DNA of 63,938 bases, counting the filler, from Trichomonas gallinae (taxonomy: Eukaryota), in NCBI GenBank assembly GCA_008369845.1. It is 7 parts of 7 records of this genome, joined end to end, with 100 filler letters (N's around TTAATTAATTAA, not from the genome) between each part and the next. Parts side by side here need not be neighbours in the genome. Positions count along the whole stretch, not along the records: positions 1 to 10,829 come from MRSU01001628.1; positions 10,930 to 35,889 come from MRSU01001632.1; 5 more parts are not named here. One strand, 5' to 3'. The translations under genes were made by a program, and so were the position numbers. The notes below the pieces were generated by a model that was not told where the DNA came from, did no database searches, and saw only the letters and a list, made by a program, of their open reading frames with translations. This document shows positions 10,753 to 20,764 of the stretch, in pieces (the first letter of the stretch is position 1; the number at the start of each line of letters is the position of its first letter).

Positions 10753-10829
10753 AAGGGGGTAGGTTTGAATGGTTTACAAAATTTGAAAAAGTGCTTCATA
10801 TCTGCCAGTCAGAGCGACGCCCATGGGGA
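10751..10829. mobile_element. End of a TTAA-target DNA transposon (Kolobok-like), truncated by an assembly gap
   Basis: TTAA|GGGGGTAGGTTTGAATGGTTTACA matches the reverse complement of 52-79; the sequence then runs into the gap. Confidence 0.65.
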
Positions 10830-10929
10830 NNNNNNNNNNNNNNNNNNNNNNNNNNNNNNNNNNNNNNNNNNNNTTAATTAATTAANNNNNNNNNNNNNNN
10901 NNNNNNNNNNNNNNNNNNNNNNNNNNNNN
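10830..10929. other. Artificial scaffold spacer
   Basis: N-run + TTAATTAATTAA (six-frame stop linker) + N-run, 100 nt. Confidence 0.98.
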
Positions 10930-10933
10930 GTAA

Positions 10934-11006
10934 GGGCCTTTAGCTCACCTGGGAGAGCGTGCGACTGAAGATCGCAAGGTACGTGGTTCAAGTCCGCGAA
11001 GGCCCA
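10934..11006 (+). tRNA. tRNA-Phe (GAA)
   Basis: Acceptor GGGCCTT/AAGGCCC; anticodon arm TGCGA-CTGAAGA-TCGCA; T arm CGTGG-TTCAAGT-CCGCG; 73 nt; oligo-T terminator just downstream. Confidence 0.93.
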
Positions 11007-11085
11007 AAACTCTTTTTTTCCTTTTCTAACTATATCGTCACTTTTTAAAAAATAAATACAAACACACATATTTTAGGGTATCAAC

Positions 11086-11155
11086 TTTATCTCACCTGAG
11101 CATAGGTGCGACTGTTACCTGGAGGTCGTACGGCACCTGGTTCAATATATCGTGC
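11086..11155 (+). pseudogene. Degenerate tRNA-like copy resembling the adjacent tRNA-Phe
   Basis: TATCTCACCTGAGCATAGGTGCGACTG...GTCGTACGGCACCTGGTTCAA aligns to TAGCTCACCTGGGAGAGCGTGCGACTG...ATCGCAAGGTACGTGGTTCAA. The anticodon loop is expanded and the acceptor stem is lost. Confidence 0.5.
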
Positions 11156-11462
11156 ATTTCTATTGCCAATGAATAAAAAGTCCCCGAAGGTTCAAGTTAC
11201 TTTATTTACTTGTTAATAAAAAACCCCGCGAAGACTCTAAATGTTAAAAAGTGTTGTGTCACTTTTTTGAAAAAATCAATTCCAGAAATTTCCATATAAC
11301 CAACATATATTTTGGCAAAATGATGTACCATAATTATTTATGAAAAAATATCTGAGAAATATTCTCGTTGAAAGTTATTATGATTCTGTTTGTATTCATA
11401 TGAATTGATGCGAAATTAAATTAAGGTTAATGTTAATAAGGTTATTAAGGATATATAAAATA

Positions 11463-12728
11463 ATGACTGAAATTGACGAATTTTCATCTTTATCAAGCTT
11501 TTTCGTTTTCAACGAAGAAATGCCTGGTGAGTCTGAAAAGGTCAAATGCTATTACTACTATCCAGAATGCACTACTCGCGAACAAATTAACAAACAAGAT
11601 GTTGAAGTCGGAATTTCTTCAACTTTCATATTTTTCACTAAAAATTTTAAACCTGATACTCCATGTGATTACATATTTACAGGAAAAAGAGAAATTGGAT
11701 TACTTCATATAGGAGGTGGAATCTATTTCAACGTTTCAATCAAATCTACAACGAGTACTAAACGTTTTTTGCTCAATAGAATATTAAATAACATTCTTCT
11801 TATATTAAATTGCGTCGCAGGACCGATTAGTTTCGAAAAAGATACAAATAAAGTGTCTCAAGAGTGGATTACTAGATTGCAAATGTTTATGCCATCTATA
11901 ATCAAAGTAATAAACTGGAGAGATCCGGTTTTTGAAATGTTATTCGATTCTTATTTTCCCTCAGATTCTCATCTAAGTTTAAGTAAATTTGATTCCGACA
12001 AGCAGATTAATAATGTACTCCAAGAATTTCCCTGTGTTTCTTCAATAATCTTTACTTGGAGAGATAAAATTATTAATTTTCAAGGAATTGATTCGAGAAC
12101 AGCTAGAATATTAACACTACTCATTTTCCACAAGTTTGAGCCTTTCTTTCCATATAAAATTAAGAAGCGAGAGGATGTTTTAAGATGGACGATCGGATTT
12201 ACTAAAAAACAAGACCAATTAGAAGTTTTCACGCCACCAGTATTCGTAAATGGTAATGTACATCCCATTGCTGTTCTTCAGCTTAACAAAATTAGAATAA
12301 TTTTATTATTAGATGCAAAAAAGATAACTGATATAAATATCCTGCAAAGTATCACAAGGCATTTGAATCCAATAGCGCACGCATTCGATACTATTGAAAC
12401 TAAAGTGAATTCGCAGACAAAAATTAATATATTCGGAAATAACACTGGAATCAGGCTTAATTTTATCTCATTCACTAATATGCTTAAAATATCGAATAAC
12501 AACGTGCAAATATACGATTTTGAAACAATTGAACGCGGAATTCTTCTCGCTCATGGATTTTCCGTTCGATTGGGCAAGAATTCAACTGGAACATTCCCTC
12601 TCGGTAATAATTTCCATTCATTTTTCCATTGTGATCCTGAACAAATGGATTCTTTCGTTGTTATGCAATTTAAGCCTAAGAGTATCTCAGACGGCATTAA
12701 CGTATTTTCTGATATCATCAAGAAATAG
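11463..12728 (+). CDS. CCZ1: CCZ1-like longin-domain protein (Mon1-Ccz1 Rab7 GEF subunit)
   Basis: N-terminal FFVFNEE...YYYP...VGISSTFIFFTKNFKPDTPC fits the CCZ1 first longin domain. Likely start 11463 (MTEIDEF); an upstream ATG at 11430 is possible. Confidence 0.75.
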   Translation: MTEIDEFSSLSSFFVFNEEMPGESEKVKCYYYYPECTTREQINKQDVEVGISSTFIFFTKNFKPDTPCDYIFTGKREIGLLHIGGGIYFNVSIKSTTSTKRFLLNRILNNILLILNCVAGPISFEKDTNKVSQEWITRLQMFMPSIIKVINWRDPVFEMLFDSYFPSDSHLSLSKFDSDKQINNVLQEFPCVSSIIFTWRDKIINFQGIDSRTARILTLLIFHKFEPFFPYKIKKREDVLRWTIGFTKKQDQLEVFTPPVFVNGNVHPIAVLQLNKIRIILLLDAKKITDINILQSITRHLNPIAHAFDTIETKVNSQTKINIFGNNTGIRLNFISFTNMLKISNNNVQIYDFETIERGILLAHGFSVRLGKNSTGTFPLGNNFHSFFHCDPEQMDSFVVMQFKPKSISDGINVFSDIIKK

Positions 12729-12854
12729 AAATTTGTTATGAAAAAGAATAAATTATTGTTAGTATTTTTTTCTTTAATGCAATACTTTTGTTTTATTGCG
12801 TTATTTTGTCTTAATGCAGCCAAAATATGATTTTACGAAATAATTTTTATATAA

Positions 12855-14255
12855 ATGGAAGTGGATGATATTTCAGCAAAATCAAGAACCAATTACAGCT
12901 CCATTTTACAATATAATTTTAATAAATATTCTGATGCAAATAGTAACATGCCAGAATTTCCACCATGTAGCGCTTCAGAGTTTGAAGAATTGTTATATCA
13001 AGCTGATGAATTGCTCGCTGATGGAAAATTGGCCGAGTTTATTCAACTACTTCTCAATATATCATCCTCTCTCGATTCAAATCAAGAATTGTGGAAATTA
13101 ATTTATCATTCACATTTAGGTATTCGATTAAGCGATATTACAAATCCAAGAAATTCCGATCCAAGGTCTATACTTCTTATTTCTGACCTATTAACTAACT
13201 TAACGGCAAATGATCCAAATTATTCGACAAATCTCATCTCAAGAAACGATTTATTGAAAAAAGACGATGTACCCGGTTTCTTTAGCGCACATATATCATT
13301 TATTGCCAATGAAAATGTTACATTTGTATATTTAACAAGAGTGATTCCAGTTTTATATAATATAGCTTCATGTTGGGACGTCAATCAAATTTGTAATATG
13401 ACTGATTTGCTCAAAGTATTTCAAAAAATATCGCAAGATAATGAAATTTCGTTTTCATTATCATTTTTATTTATTAATATCTTCAGAGCATCATCTATTG
13501 TTGATGAAGGAATCATTTCATTGCTCAAGTCTTATGTGATCAAATATATACTACAAGAAAGTCCATTATCGATTAATTTTTCATGGATTCTATATTATTT
13601 CTTCATCAACTCGCCAGCACCACTAATGATGGATGAAAACATCGTATCTTTGCTGAGTGAAATGTTGAAAACAAATAATGAATTATTGCATTTTGTTTCG
13701 CTTTCAATTTTATCAATAATTGCGTATTATATAGTTCTCCAAGAAGATGAGTATCTTACGGATGTGACAAAGGAGCTATTTGATAATTTTGATTTTAATC
13801 CTGTTATTTCTTTAGCAATGACAATAGATTCGTTTACATCATCATGTGCTTGTTCTGTTATCACAAATATGAGTGTTGTTTCAGAAAATATACTGAAAAA
13901 TATGCTGAATTGTGGAATTTTCAAAAATTTTCTTTCTCTTTTAGTTGATGGATCAATTCAAGTCAAAAAGTACGCATTCAGTTTCATATCATTTGCTATT
14001 TCAAAAGATATTTCGCTTGTTTACGAACTTATTGATGAAAACATTATTGAAACTTTGTGCGAAATGGTTGAAATTACGGAGTTACTCGGAATATTGCTTC
14101 CAGTTCTAGATTTAATTATTACAAATCATCCTGAAGTTAAACAACAATTTATTGATAGTGAATTCATGTCAATTATTGATGAATCTATTTTAAATGATGA
14201 AACAGGACCTATTTTCAATAATATATACACGATTTTATATGGAGAATCAAATTAA
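12855..14255 (+). CDS. Hypothetical ARM/HEAT-like helical protein
   Basis: 466-aa ORF with a Leu/Ile-rich helical pattern; C-terminal DGSIQVKKYAFSFIS is importin-alpha-like. Confidence 0.7.
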   Translation: MEVDDISAKSRTNYSSILQYNFNKYSDANSNMPEFPPCSASEFEELLYQADELLADGKLAEFIQLLLNISSSLDSNQELWKLIYHSHLGIRLSDITNPRNSDPRSILLISDLLTNLTANDPNYSTNLISRNDLLKKDDVPGFFSAHISFIANENVTFVYLTRVIPVLYNIASCWDVNQICNMTDLLKVFQKISQDNEISFSLSFLFINIFRASSIVDEGIISLLKSYVIKYILQESPLSINFSWILYYFFINSPAPLMMDENIVSLLSEMLKTNNELLHFVSLSILSIIAYYIVLQEDEYLTDVTKELFDNFDFNPVISLAMTIDSFTSSCACSVITNMSVVSENILKNMLNCGIFKNFLSLLVDGSIQVKKYAFSFISFAISKDISLVYELIDENIIETLCEMVEITELLGILLPVLDLIITNHPEVKQQFIDSEFMSIIDESILNDETGPIFNNIYTILYGESN

Positions 14256-15035
14256 AATGCATCAATTCCAAATATTTTATTATTTCTGGTTCATTTTTCA
14301 TTTGAAGATTGAATAACATATTAACTATATTTAATGCATGTAGGCATATTTATATGACTAGATATGCTTAATTTTTGATTATTAGTGATAGACAACAAAG
14401 TTGACTTTAATATATTAAATTTTTCTAGATAATATTGCATAATAAGATAGTAAAAGTAGTTAAATCACTAGAGAATGTATTCTATTATATAACATGCATA
14501 TAAAAATTAAATAACTTCCTTTTTTTGATACACATAAAAATTGAAAAATCAAAATTTTGATCAATTAATGACATATGTCCATAGAAACATCTATTTCTTT
14601 AATCTTGATTAATTTGATTTTTTAAAATTAATAAAAAAAACATATGAAATTTCTAGAAATTTGTAATGAAATATGATAAATTCTAGGCAAATTCGATTTT
14701 GGATTAATGTAGATTATTCTAATATTAGTGAAGTAATCATTTTTCTGCTTAAATTTTGATATTTTCTTAAATTTTATCATATTTTCTGATTCAAATTCAG
14801 ATAATTAATAGATATTTATACAATTTGGCATTGTAATACTAGATAAATACTCTCATATCTTTATTATATATTAAGAAATAATGTTTATCCATTGGGAATG
14901 TTGGAAATAAAATCAAATTTTGTGGAATTTTCAGTTAAATCGTCGAAAAAGAAAGGACAATCAATTAATCGACAAATACATAATATATTTACAAACAAAA
15001 ACAAAAATTGCAACAAATGAAAAATAATTAATAAT

Positions 15036-18000
15036 TCATGATAAATAAGGCGAAAGCTTGACTTCCATTTCATCAAGCTTGATTTCTAGCTGCTTCTGCA
15101 GCTCCTGGAATTTGAGGTGTTGAGCAGCATAAAGTTTGTGTCGTTCAACTCCTTCTCTGTTCTTTTCTAGGAAGTCTTCGAATGCATTTTTGAGCTTCAA
15201 TCTGTACTTAACATAGACCTGGTCATCGAAATCTTTGATGGAAGCATCTCCCAAGAAAACTTCTGCTATTCTATTGACACCTTCGTTAACAGATGTCAAA
15301 ATGTTTCCGCTCAACATAATCTGAAGGTTTTCGAATGTTCCGTGATTTATTGCCGAATCCAGACTGATCACACGACTGTGCAGCTGCCTGTATGCTACAC
15401 GAATCGGCGGTATCTTCACTGTTATCTCTTTGACAACTAATGATCTCATCGAAGTATTGGGAAGTTTGTCTGCTGTCAGTAAAACATTTCTTTCCAGCCA
15501 CTGATGTTCGACGCTTCCTTGTGCTGCACCTGACTCAGTGAAAGGAGACTCGTAGTAGAAACTGTTGACGAAGTGGAAGTTGTCGAATTTCGATAAGTCA
15601 AGTTCACTTTGACCTTTTTTGTAAGGCGTGATAAATGTAACTCTGAGATATAATTTTTCTTTGTCTTTCTTCATTTCTTCAGTTATATGATCCTTGCTTT
15701 GTATCACGACAACTTCAACGTCCTTTCCAAACTTTTGGTTCAAGTAGTTTGTGTAGTATTTACAGACTTCTAGTAATCTCGATAACTTTGGAAAATGAGT
15801 AACAAAAACTAAGCCGTTTTCATGTCCGAACAATCTTCCGTAAAAAGCAATCCTGAAATAGTTACCGAAATATCTCTTTTCGTCTATTATTAACTTGTTC
15901 ATCATCTGCTCTTTCTGCTTAGTATAATAGCTGTTAAAAATGAACTGACACAAAGGAACAATGTCGTCAATGAAAGTCATTCCCCATTCGTAGTATTTTA
16001 GATTCGTGCATGCTTCTATTGTTTCGCTGACTTTCTTCTTTAGATAGTCATTAGTGAAATAATCTGTGTAGATGCCTGAATACTGCTTGATTATTGGGGT
16101 AATATTTGATGATGATGGACAAACATTTGAAAACGGATGATTAGTGTTAAATATGTCTTGTATTTTCCCAGCATAAATCATGTGCTCAACTAAATAAGCT
16201 ATTAAATAGAACCTCGTTTGAATCTCTTCAGCTGCCCATTCCTGCTGATGATAGAAATCAATGATTTTGTTTGTGATTTCTATCGTTGCGTCCGGCGAAT
16301 GTTTCACGACTTTTGCGATCTCAAACAAATCATTTTCTGCGTGTTTGTAGTTGAGAATTCTCTGGTAGAGAGCCTTTGTTGACTCATTGTTCAATTTGGT
16401 AACATCTTTGAAATACTTGTTGTGGGTTATGTGAATTGAATAAGTTAAAACAATTTTGCTTCTTATAACTGTCTGATAAAATTTCTTTTCTGTTTCGTAT
16501 AATGTTCCAAACAGTGAATAAGCGTCAGGATAAGCGCAAGCGAGCATGAATATCCTAGAGAAAAAACGGGCAAGGTCTGGGTCACATTTTTTGAAGATTT
16601 CTTTGTACTCTAGGATTTTGTTGATCAGCTCAGTTATGATTTGGAAATTGTTAATTACTAGTTCAGGTATCATATTATAAACTAATTTTGTTATGAGTGG
16701 AAGATTGCGAGGAGAAATTGCTTTCTTTAGGAATGTGATGGCTGAGAGCTGAAAACGAGGATCATCAACGTAAATCGATTTAATTACATCTAAGTGGTTC
16801 ACTTTTGGCCACCATTCGTTGAACATTTCTTCGTCGATGTTCTCGAGGCAAAACATCGCGAATGGGCATTTCTCTATTGGAAACAGGAATGACAATGGAG
16901 GAAGCATGCGTGTAAGGACTGCTTTGGTCAGCTCAGGTGAGAAATTGGCGAAGCACATCAAAAGTTTGTCTAAGACTCTTTGGTCCTTTGATTGACAAAC
17001 GAGAGAAAAAGTCATGATGCTGGAATTGCAGCAAATGAAGCATTCAGCGACATGTCTTGGAGTCAAAACATTATAATAGAAGGAATTTGCGTCGCCTTTG
17101 ACTTCAATTAATTTTGTATAAACTTTGTAAACGATTTCTGAGCCAGCAGACACAAAGTTTAAGGCTACCATGCAGTTTGCAAATCTTGCTGCATGATCTA
17201 ATCTCTTAATATCAACAAGTTTTGACATCATATCAAGACATTCGATCCTGGAGTCTTTTTTATGCGGTCCTTTAAGAGCAAGTGAGATAATATACCAAAT
17301 CACATGCGTATTTTCTGGCATTTTCTGTGCTAATTTTGAAATCGTTTCTTTGAAGTCCAATGGCTGACCTAACTGCATTGCAAATGAGTATACAAGCTTG
17401 GAATTGTGTTCAGTGATCAAATCTTCCAATAATTTAACTCCTTTCTCGAAATCTTTGGTTAAAACATTTTCTGCGCTTCTGAGCTGCGAAAAGAAGTTTC
17501 TCTTAGTGTTTGTGCTTAAATCTAAAGCACTGTCAACAATAACTCGCTCATTTTTAATATCATAATGAATTGTATCAATTAAATCGAATTTTTCTGGATT
17601 GTTGATTGACAAGTTGTATATTTCCAGCTGTATTGCAAGATCTTTCATGTTTGGCGACAATAAATCAAAACAAAATTTTTCATTGAAAATAACTAAGCCA
17701 GTTTCTTTGCTTTTAGGAACATTCAATCTTGTTATCGCTGATGATGTTCTTTCTTTTGAGTATTGACCTCCAAACGCGTTGATTTTTGTTTTTGATTTAC
17801 GATTTACCAAAGAAATCTTGCAAATGATACTTTCAATATCTCCACTGATAATTAAACTGTCTAAAGGAAATATTACATGATGTCTAAACTTAAAAGAAGG
17901 CAATTTATCTGATGTATCCAATGATCTGGCAACTCTAAAGCCTTTTACAGTATTTCCTTTATAAAGAAGGCGTGACTTAACGATTATAGGTAAATTAATG

Positions 18001-18929
18001 GTGTTATGACGTTCAGAACTCGTCAGAGCTGTTTTTATTGTTTTTTTATCTGGTTGTGTTGAAATTGGAATAGGAAGAGGAAAACCAAACCCATCAGGAT
18101 GATCTACAATGTCTTGCACATAGGCTGCTGTCCAAGCAAACGTCTCTAAAACAATATTTTGGCGACTCCATTTATTTATAATTTGTTTTTTTACGGATTT
18201 TTCTGTTTCTTCGTTTATATTTCGATAGTAGTCGTATAGGGAACTTCCGTGATCGATGTGGAATGGATGAGCGAGCGTTACAACGAGAGATGTTTCTGGA
18301 TTTGGCTGAGGCATTTCAAATGCGAGATCTAGAGTATTTTTGAAGTTCTTCCGCGATGAAAACTCCTTTTCACATTGACTCGGGATCCAATCTAGCATTT
18401 CTGAGACAATATCTTTTCCATCGAAAAGATAAGCGCGAACAACTATTGGTGATCCATGTACGAACTTAATTTTGAAGTCATAGAAATGTAATGATAAATA
18501 AACTGCATTTTCCATTGGAAATGGCTGATAATATTTGAACATTCGAGATCTTGGCGATGATGCAGGGTTAATTGTATACTGTGCATTATATTTAGCTATA
18601 CTAATTACGTATGCTTTAGTATTTACTGGTTTTTGTCCATTAATTACATCTTTTAGATTTTTGAATTTTGGTTTTTCTGATTTTTTTATCTGAATTTCAT
18701 AATCATTGTTTTGTTTAGCCGATTTGGATTTCTCGAAGAACAAATTTACTATAGGTTCTCCTTTAAATTTGTCGAGAACAATTGGAAATTGCGCGAAATA
18801 ATCCTTGAAAAAGACATTTTTTATGAGTTTTGGCTTCGTCATAGCTGGAATACACCATTTCTCCTCAAGAGCAGCTATGAGACATGGAGGTTTGTCGTTA
18901 TGCAGTTTCCACGACTCTCTCCGATTCAT
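15036..18929 (-). CDS. DOCK-family Rho GEF (C-terminal DHR-2, probable C2/DHR-1)
   Basis: YFRIAFYG, YLRVTFITPY, FYYESPFT..G.AQG.VEHQW, PIRVA and LQIMLSGNILTSVNEG motifs. Confidence 0.9.
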   Translation of the reverse strand: MNRRESWKLHNDKPPCLIAALEEKWCIPAMTKPKLIKNVFFKDYFAQFPIVLDKFKGEPIVNLFFEKSKSAKQNNDYEIQIKKSEKPKFKNLKDVINGQKPVNTKAYVISIAKYNAQYTINPASSPRSRMFKYYQPFPMENAVYLSLHFYDFKIKFVHGSPIVVRAYLFDGKDIVSEMLDWIPSQCEKEFSSRKNFKNTLDLAFEMPQPNPETSLVVTLAHPFHIDHGSSLYDYYRNINEETEKSVKKQIINKWSRQNIVLETFAWTAAYVQDIVDHPDGFGFPLPIPISTQPDKKTIKTALTSSERHNTINLPIIVKSRLLYKGNTVKGFRVARSLDTSDKLPSFKFRHHVIFPLDSLIISGDIESIICKISLVNRKSKTKINAFGGQYSKERTSSAITRLNVPKSKETGLVIFNEKFCFDLLSPNMKDLAIQLEIYNLSINNPEKFDLIDTIHYDIKNERVIVDSALDLSTNTKRNFFSQLRSAENVLTKDFEKGVKLLEDLITEHNSKLVYSFAMQLGQPLDFKETISKLAQKMPENTHVIWYIISLALKGPHKKDSRIECLDMMSKLVDIKRLDHAARFANCMVALNFVSAGSEIVYKVYTKLIEVKGDANSFYYNVLTPRHVAECFICCNSSIMTFSLVCQSKDQRVLDKLLMCFANFSPELTKAVLTRMLPPLSFLFPIEKCPFAMFCLENIDEEMFNEWWPKVNHLDVIKSIYVDDPRFQLSAITFLKKAISPRNLPLITKLVYNMIPELVINNFQIITELINKILEYKEIFKKCDPDLARFFSRIFMLACAYPDAYSLFGTLYETEKKFYQTVIRSKIVLTYSIHITHNKYFKDVTKLNNESTKALYQRILNYKHAENDLFEIAKVVKHSPDATIEITNKIIDFYHQQEWAAEEIQTRFYLIAYLVEHMIYAGKIQDIFNTNHPFSNVCPSSSNITPIIKQYSGIYTDYFTNDYLKKKVSETIEACTNLKYYEWGMTFIDDIVPLCQFIFNSYYTKQKEQMMNKLIIDEKRYFGNYFRIAFYGRLFGHENGLVFVTHFPKLSRLLEVCKYYTNYLNQKFGKDVEVVVIQSKDHITEEMKKDKEKLYLRVTFITPYKKGQSELDLSKFDNFHFVNSFYYESPFTESGAAQGSVEHQWLERNVLLTADKLPNTSMRSLVVKEITVKIPPIRVAYRQLHSRVISLDSAINHGTFENLQIMLSGNILTSVNEGVNRIAEVFLGDASIKDFDDQVYVKYRLKLKNAFEDFLEKNREGVERHKLYAAQHLKFQELQKQLEIKLDEMEVKLSPYLS

Positions 18930-19651
18930 AACTGAATTTTTTATGCAAAATTCACATCTTTATTGACTGTTTTTAATAGACACACAACAATTTTTCGTTT
19001 TTTCTGTTATCCATTCAAATATTTCCGTTTTCAGGGGTTGGTCGGATTCAATCCCCTATTGTCATGTAAAGTTTACAAAATAGTGGCGTGTTATATAATG
19101 AGATTTTGTATGTATATTTATTAACTTGTTTTTGTTAATATTTGATTATTAAAGGTCTCTGAAATGCAATTTTATCCATTGATTTAATTCAAATTCATAT
19201 ATTTTAATGGATAAAATGGAAAATATCATATATTGGATATTATATTGCCATTTTAGATATTCTTAAATCATTAGATCAATCTGAAATTGTTGCATAATCT
19301 CAATGTATAAAGTTATTATTTTATGATGCTATATCATTTGTATTGATATATTGAATATAATATTTCTATAGTAGACAATTATATGCTACAAATTTCATCT
19401 AAAATGCATATTTTTTAAACATAATGAATTGGATTTCCATTTGTAATATGAAATGAACAGATAGTGCAAAGGTATTACAATATTAATCGATAAAGTATTG
19501 ATTTGATCTGTGTGTTAATATAAGAATATGTTAATTCGAATGATCTTGATAATTTTTGTTTTGGATGAAGGACAATCAAAACTTTTATACAATAATAAGA
19601 ACATTAGACAAAGTAATTCCAAAATCAACTTTTAGTTAATCATTTTTCAAA

Positions 19652-20764
19652 TTGGTTCTCGATAAAATTTTTCTCGATAGAATTGTTGATCACAATCAAC
19701 ATTATTGCAACGACTTTACCAAATCATATACCTTCATGCTTGATGTTGCTCGTAGAAAGATGACCAAAGACCAGATTATTGAATCGATCAATGCAATAAA
19801 TCCAAGTTGTTTCAATTCTATTATGCTTCACTTATCATATAATGAAGCATATAGTGTTTCCATTATCTCTGACATGCTTGGTGTTAAAAATGGAATTTTA
19901 TCAAATGGTTGGTTAAGCGAAAGTGACTTAAATGACATCGTTAAAGCAGCCAAAGACAAGTCACTGTATCTTATCCCTGATATTGATGCTCCTTCACACG
20001 TTAAATCATGGTATGATTCAATTTCTGCGTCAAGCACAAGCACTGACAACTTCAGCGACACGAAGACATATGAAATAGATCTTCTATCACAATCTGATAA
20101 TATTTATGAGATGTATAAGAAGTGTATGAAGATTTTTTCGCCAGTTTCTAAATTTATGATGATTGGTGTTGATGAAGTTCCAGGAAACGCGTGGTATGCG
20201 GATAAACTCGCAGCTCATATCAACAAACTCAATAATATCGCGAAAGAATTAAATTATAAAATTATTGTGTGGAATGATGCTCTCAATCCTAAGTTACTTC
20301 CACAAATACATGAAGATGTTACAATTGTGTATTGGCATGACTCAGATGTTAACAATTTAACGCAATTGCTTGATACAAAAAATCCAATTAAGAATGCATT
20401 CTATGAAACCAACTATGACAATGTTCATGACTTAAACGAGACAGAATACCAAGAAAAGAAGATTCAAATGTTTGTCGATAATTTAATCTCGAATAATATG
20501 CTATGCCTTTGGGGAGAAGACTCAGAAAATATACCACACAGCTATATTATTGACTTTATCACCAAACTCCAGGATAAAATGCCTAAATCTCAAATAACAC
20601 CAACAATTTCGAATCCAAAGCATAACAACATCGCAGTTGCAGTTGCTGTTCCTATAGTTATCATCATTGTTGCATGTGTGGCAATCGGGATCTTTATTTG
20701 GTATCGAAAGAACAAGAAAAACAAATCCAATGATGATAAGAATAATGATATAGATATTGTTTAA
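19652..20764 (+). CDS. GH20 beta-N-acetylhexosaminidase, dispersin-B-like, with C-terminal transmembrane anchor (start codon uncertain)
   Basis: MLDVARR, MLHLSYNE, IPDIDAPSH, catalytic GVDEVP, IVWND, IVYW and LWGE motifs. TM segment IAVAVAVPIVIIIVACVAIGIFIWY followed by RKNKK. The ORF opens with TTG at 19652; the first ATG is at 19736. Confidence 0.85.
   Translation: MVLDKIFLDRIVDHNQHYCNDFTKSYTFMLDVARRKMTKDQIIESINAINPSCFNSIMLHLSYNEAYSVSIISDMLGVKNGILSNGWLSESDLNDIVKAAKDKSLYLIPDIDAPSHVKSWYDSISASSTSTDNFSDTKTYEIDLLSQSDNIYEMYKKCMKIFSPVSKFMMIGVDEVPGNAWYADKLAAHINKLNNIAKELNYKIIVWNDALNPKLLPQIHEDVTIVYWHDSDVNNLTQLLDTKNPIKNAFYETNYDNVHDLNETEYQEKKIQMFVDNLISNNMLCLWGEDSENIPHSYIIDFITKLQDKMPKSQITPTISNPKHNNIAVAVAVPIVIIIVACVAIGIFIWYRKNKKNKSNDDKNNDIDIV

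Noticed and set aside
10599..10799. 66-aa minus ORF MKHFFKFCK... and overlapping ORFs through the gap
   Set aside because: It starts inside the transposon end and is out of frame with the real coding frame; the others read through Ns or the tRNA.
10830..10929. TTAATTAATTAA palindrome recurring six times in the window
   Set aside because: Always centred in N-runs of identical length; an assembly linker, not biology.
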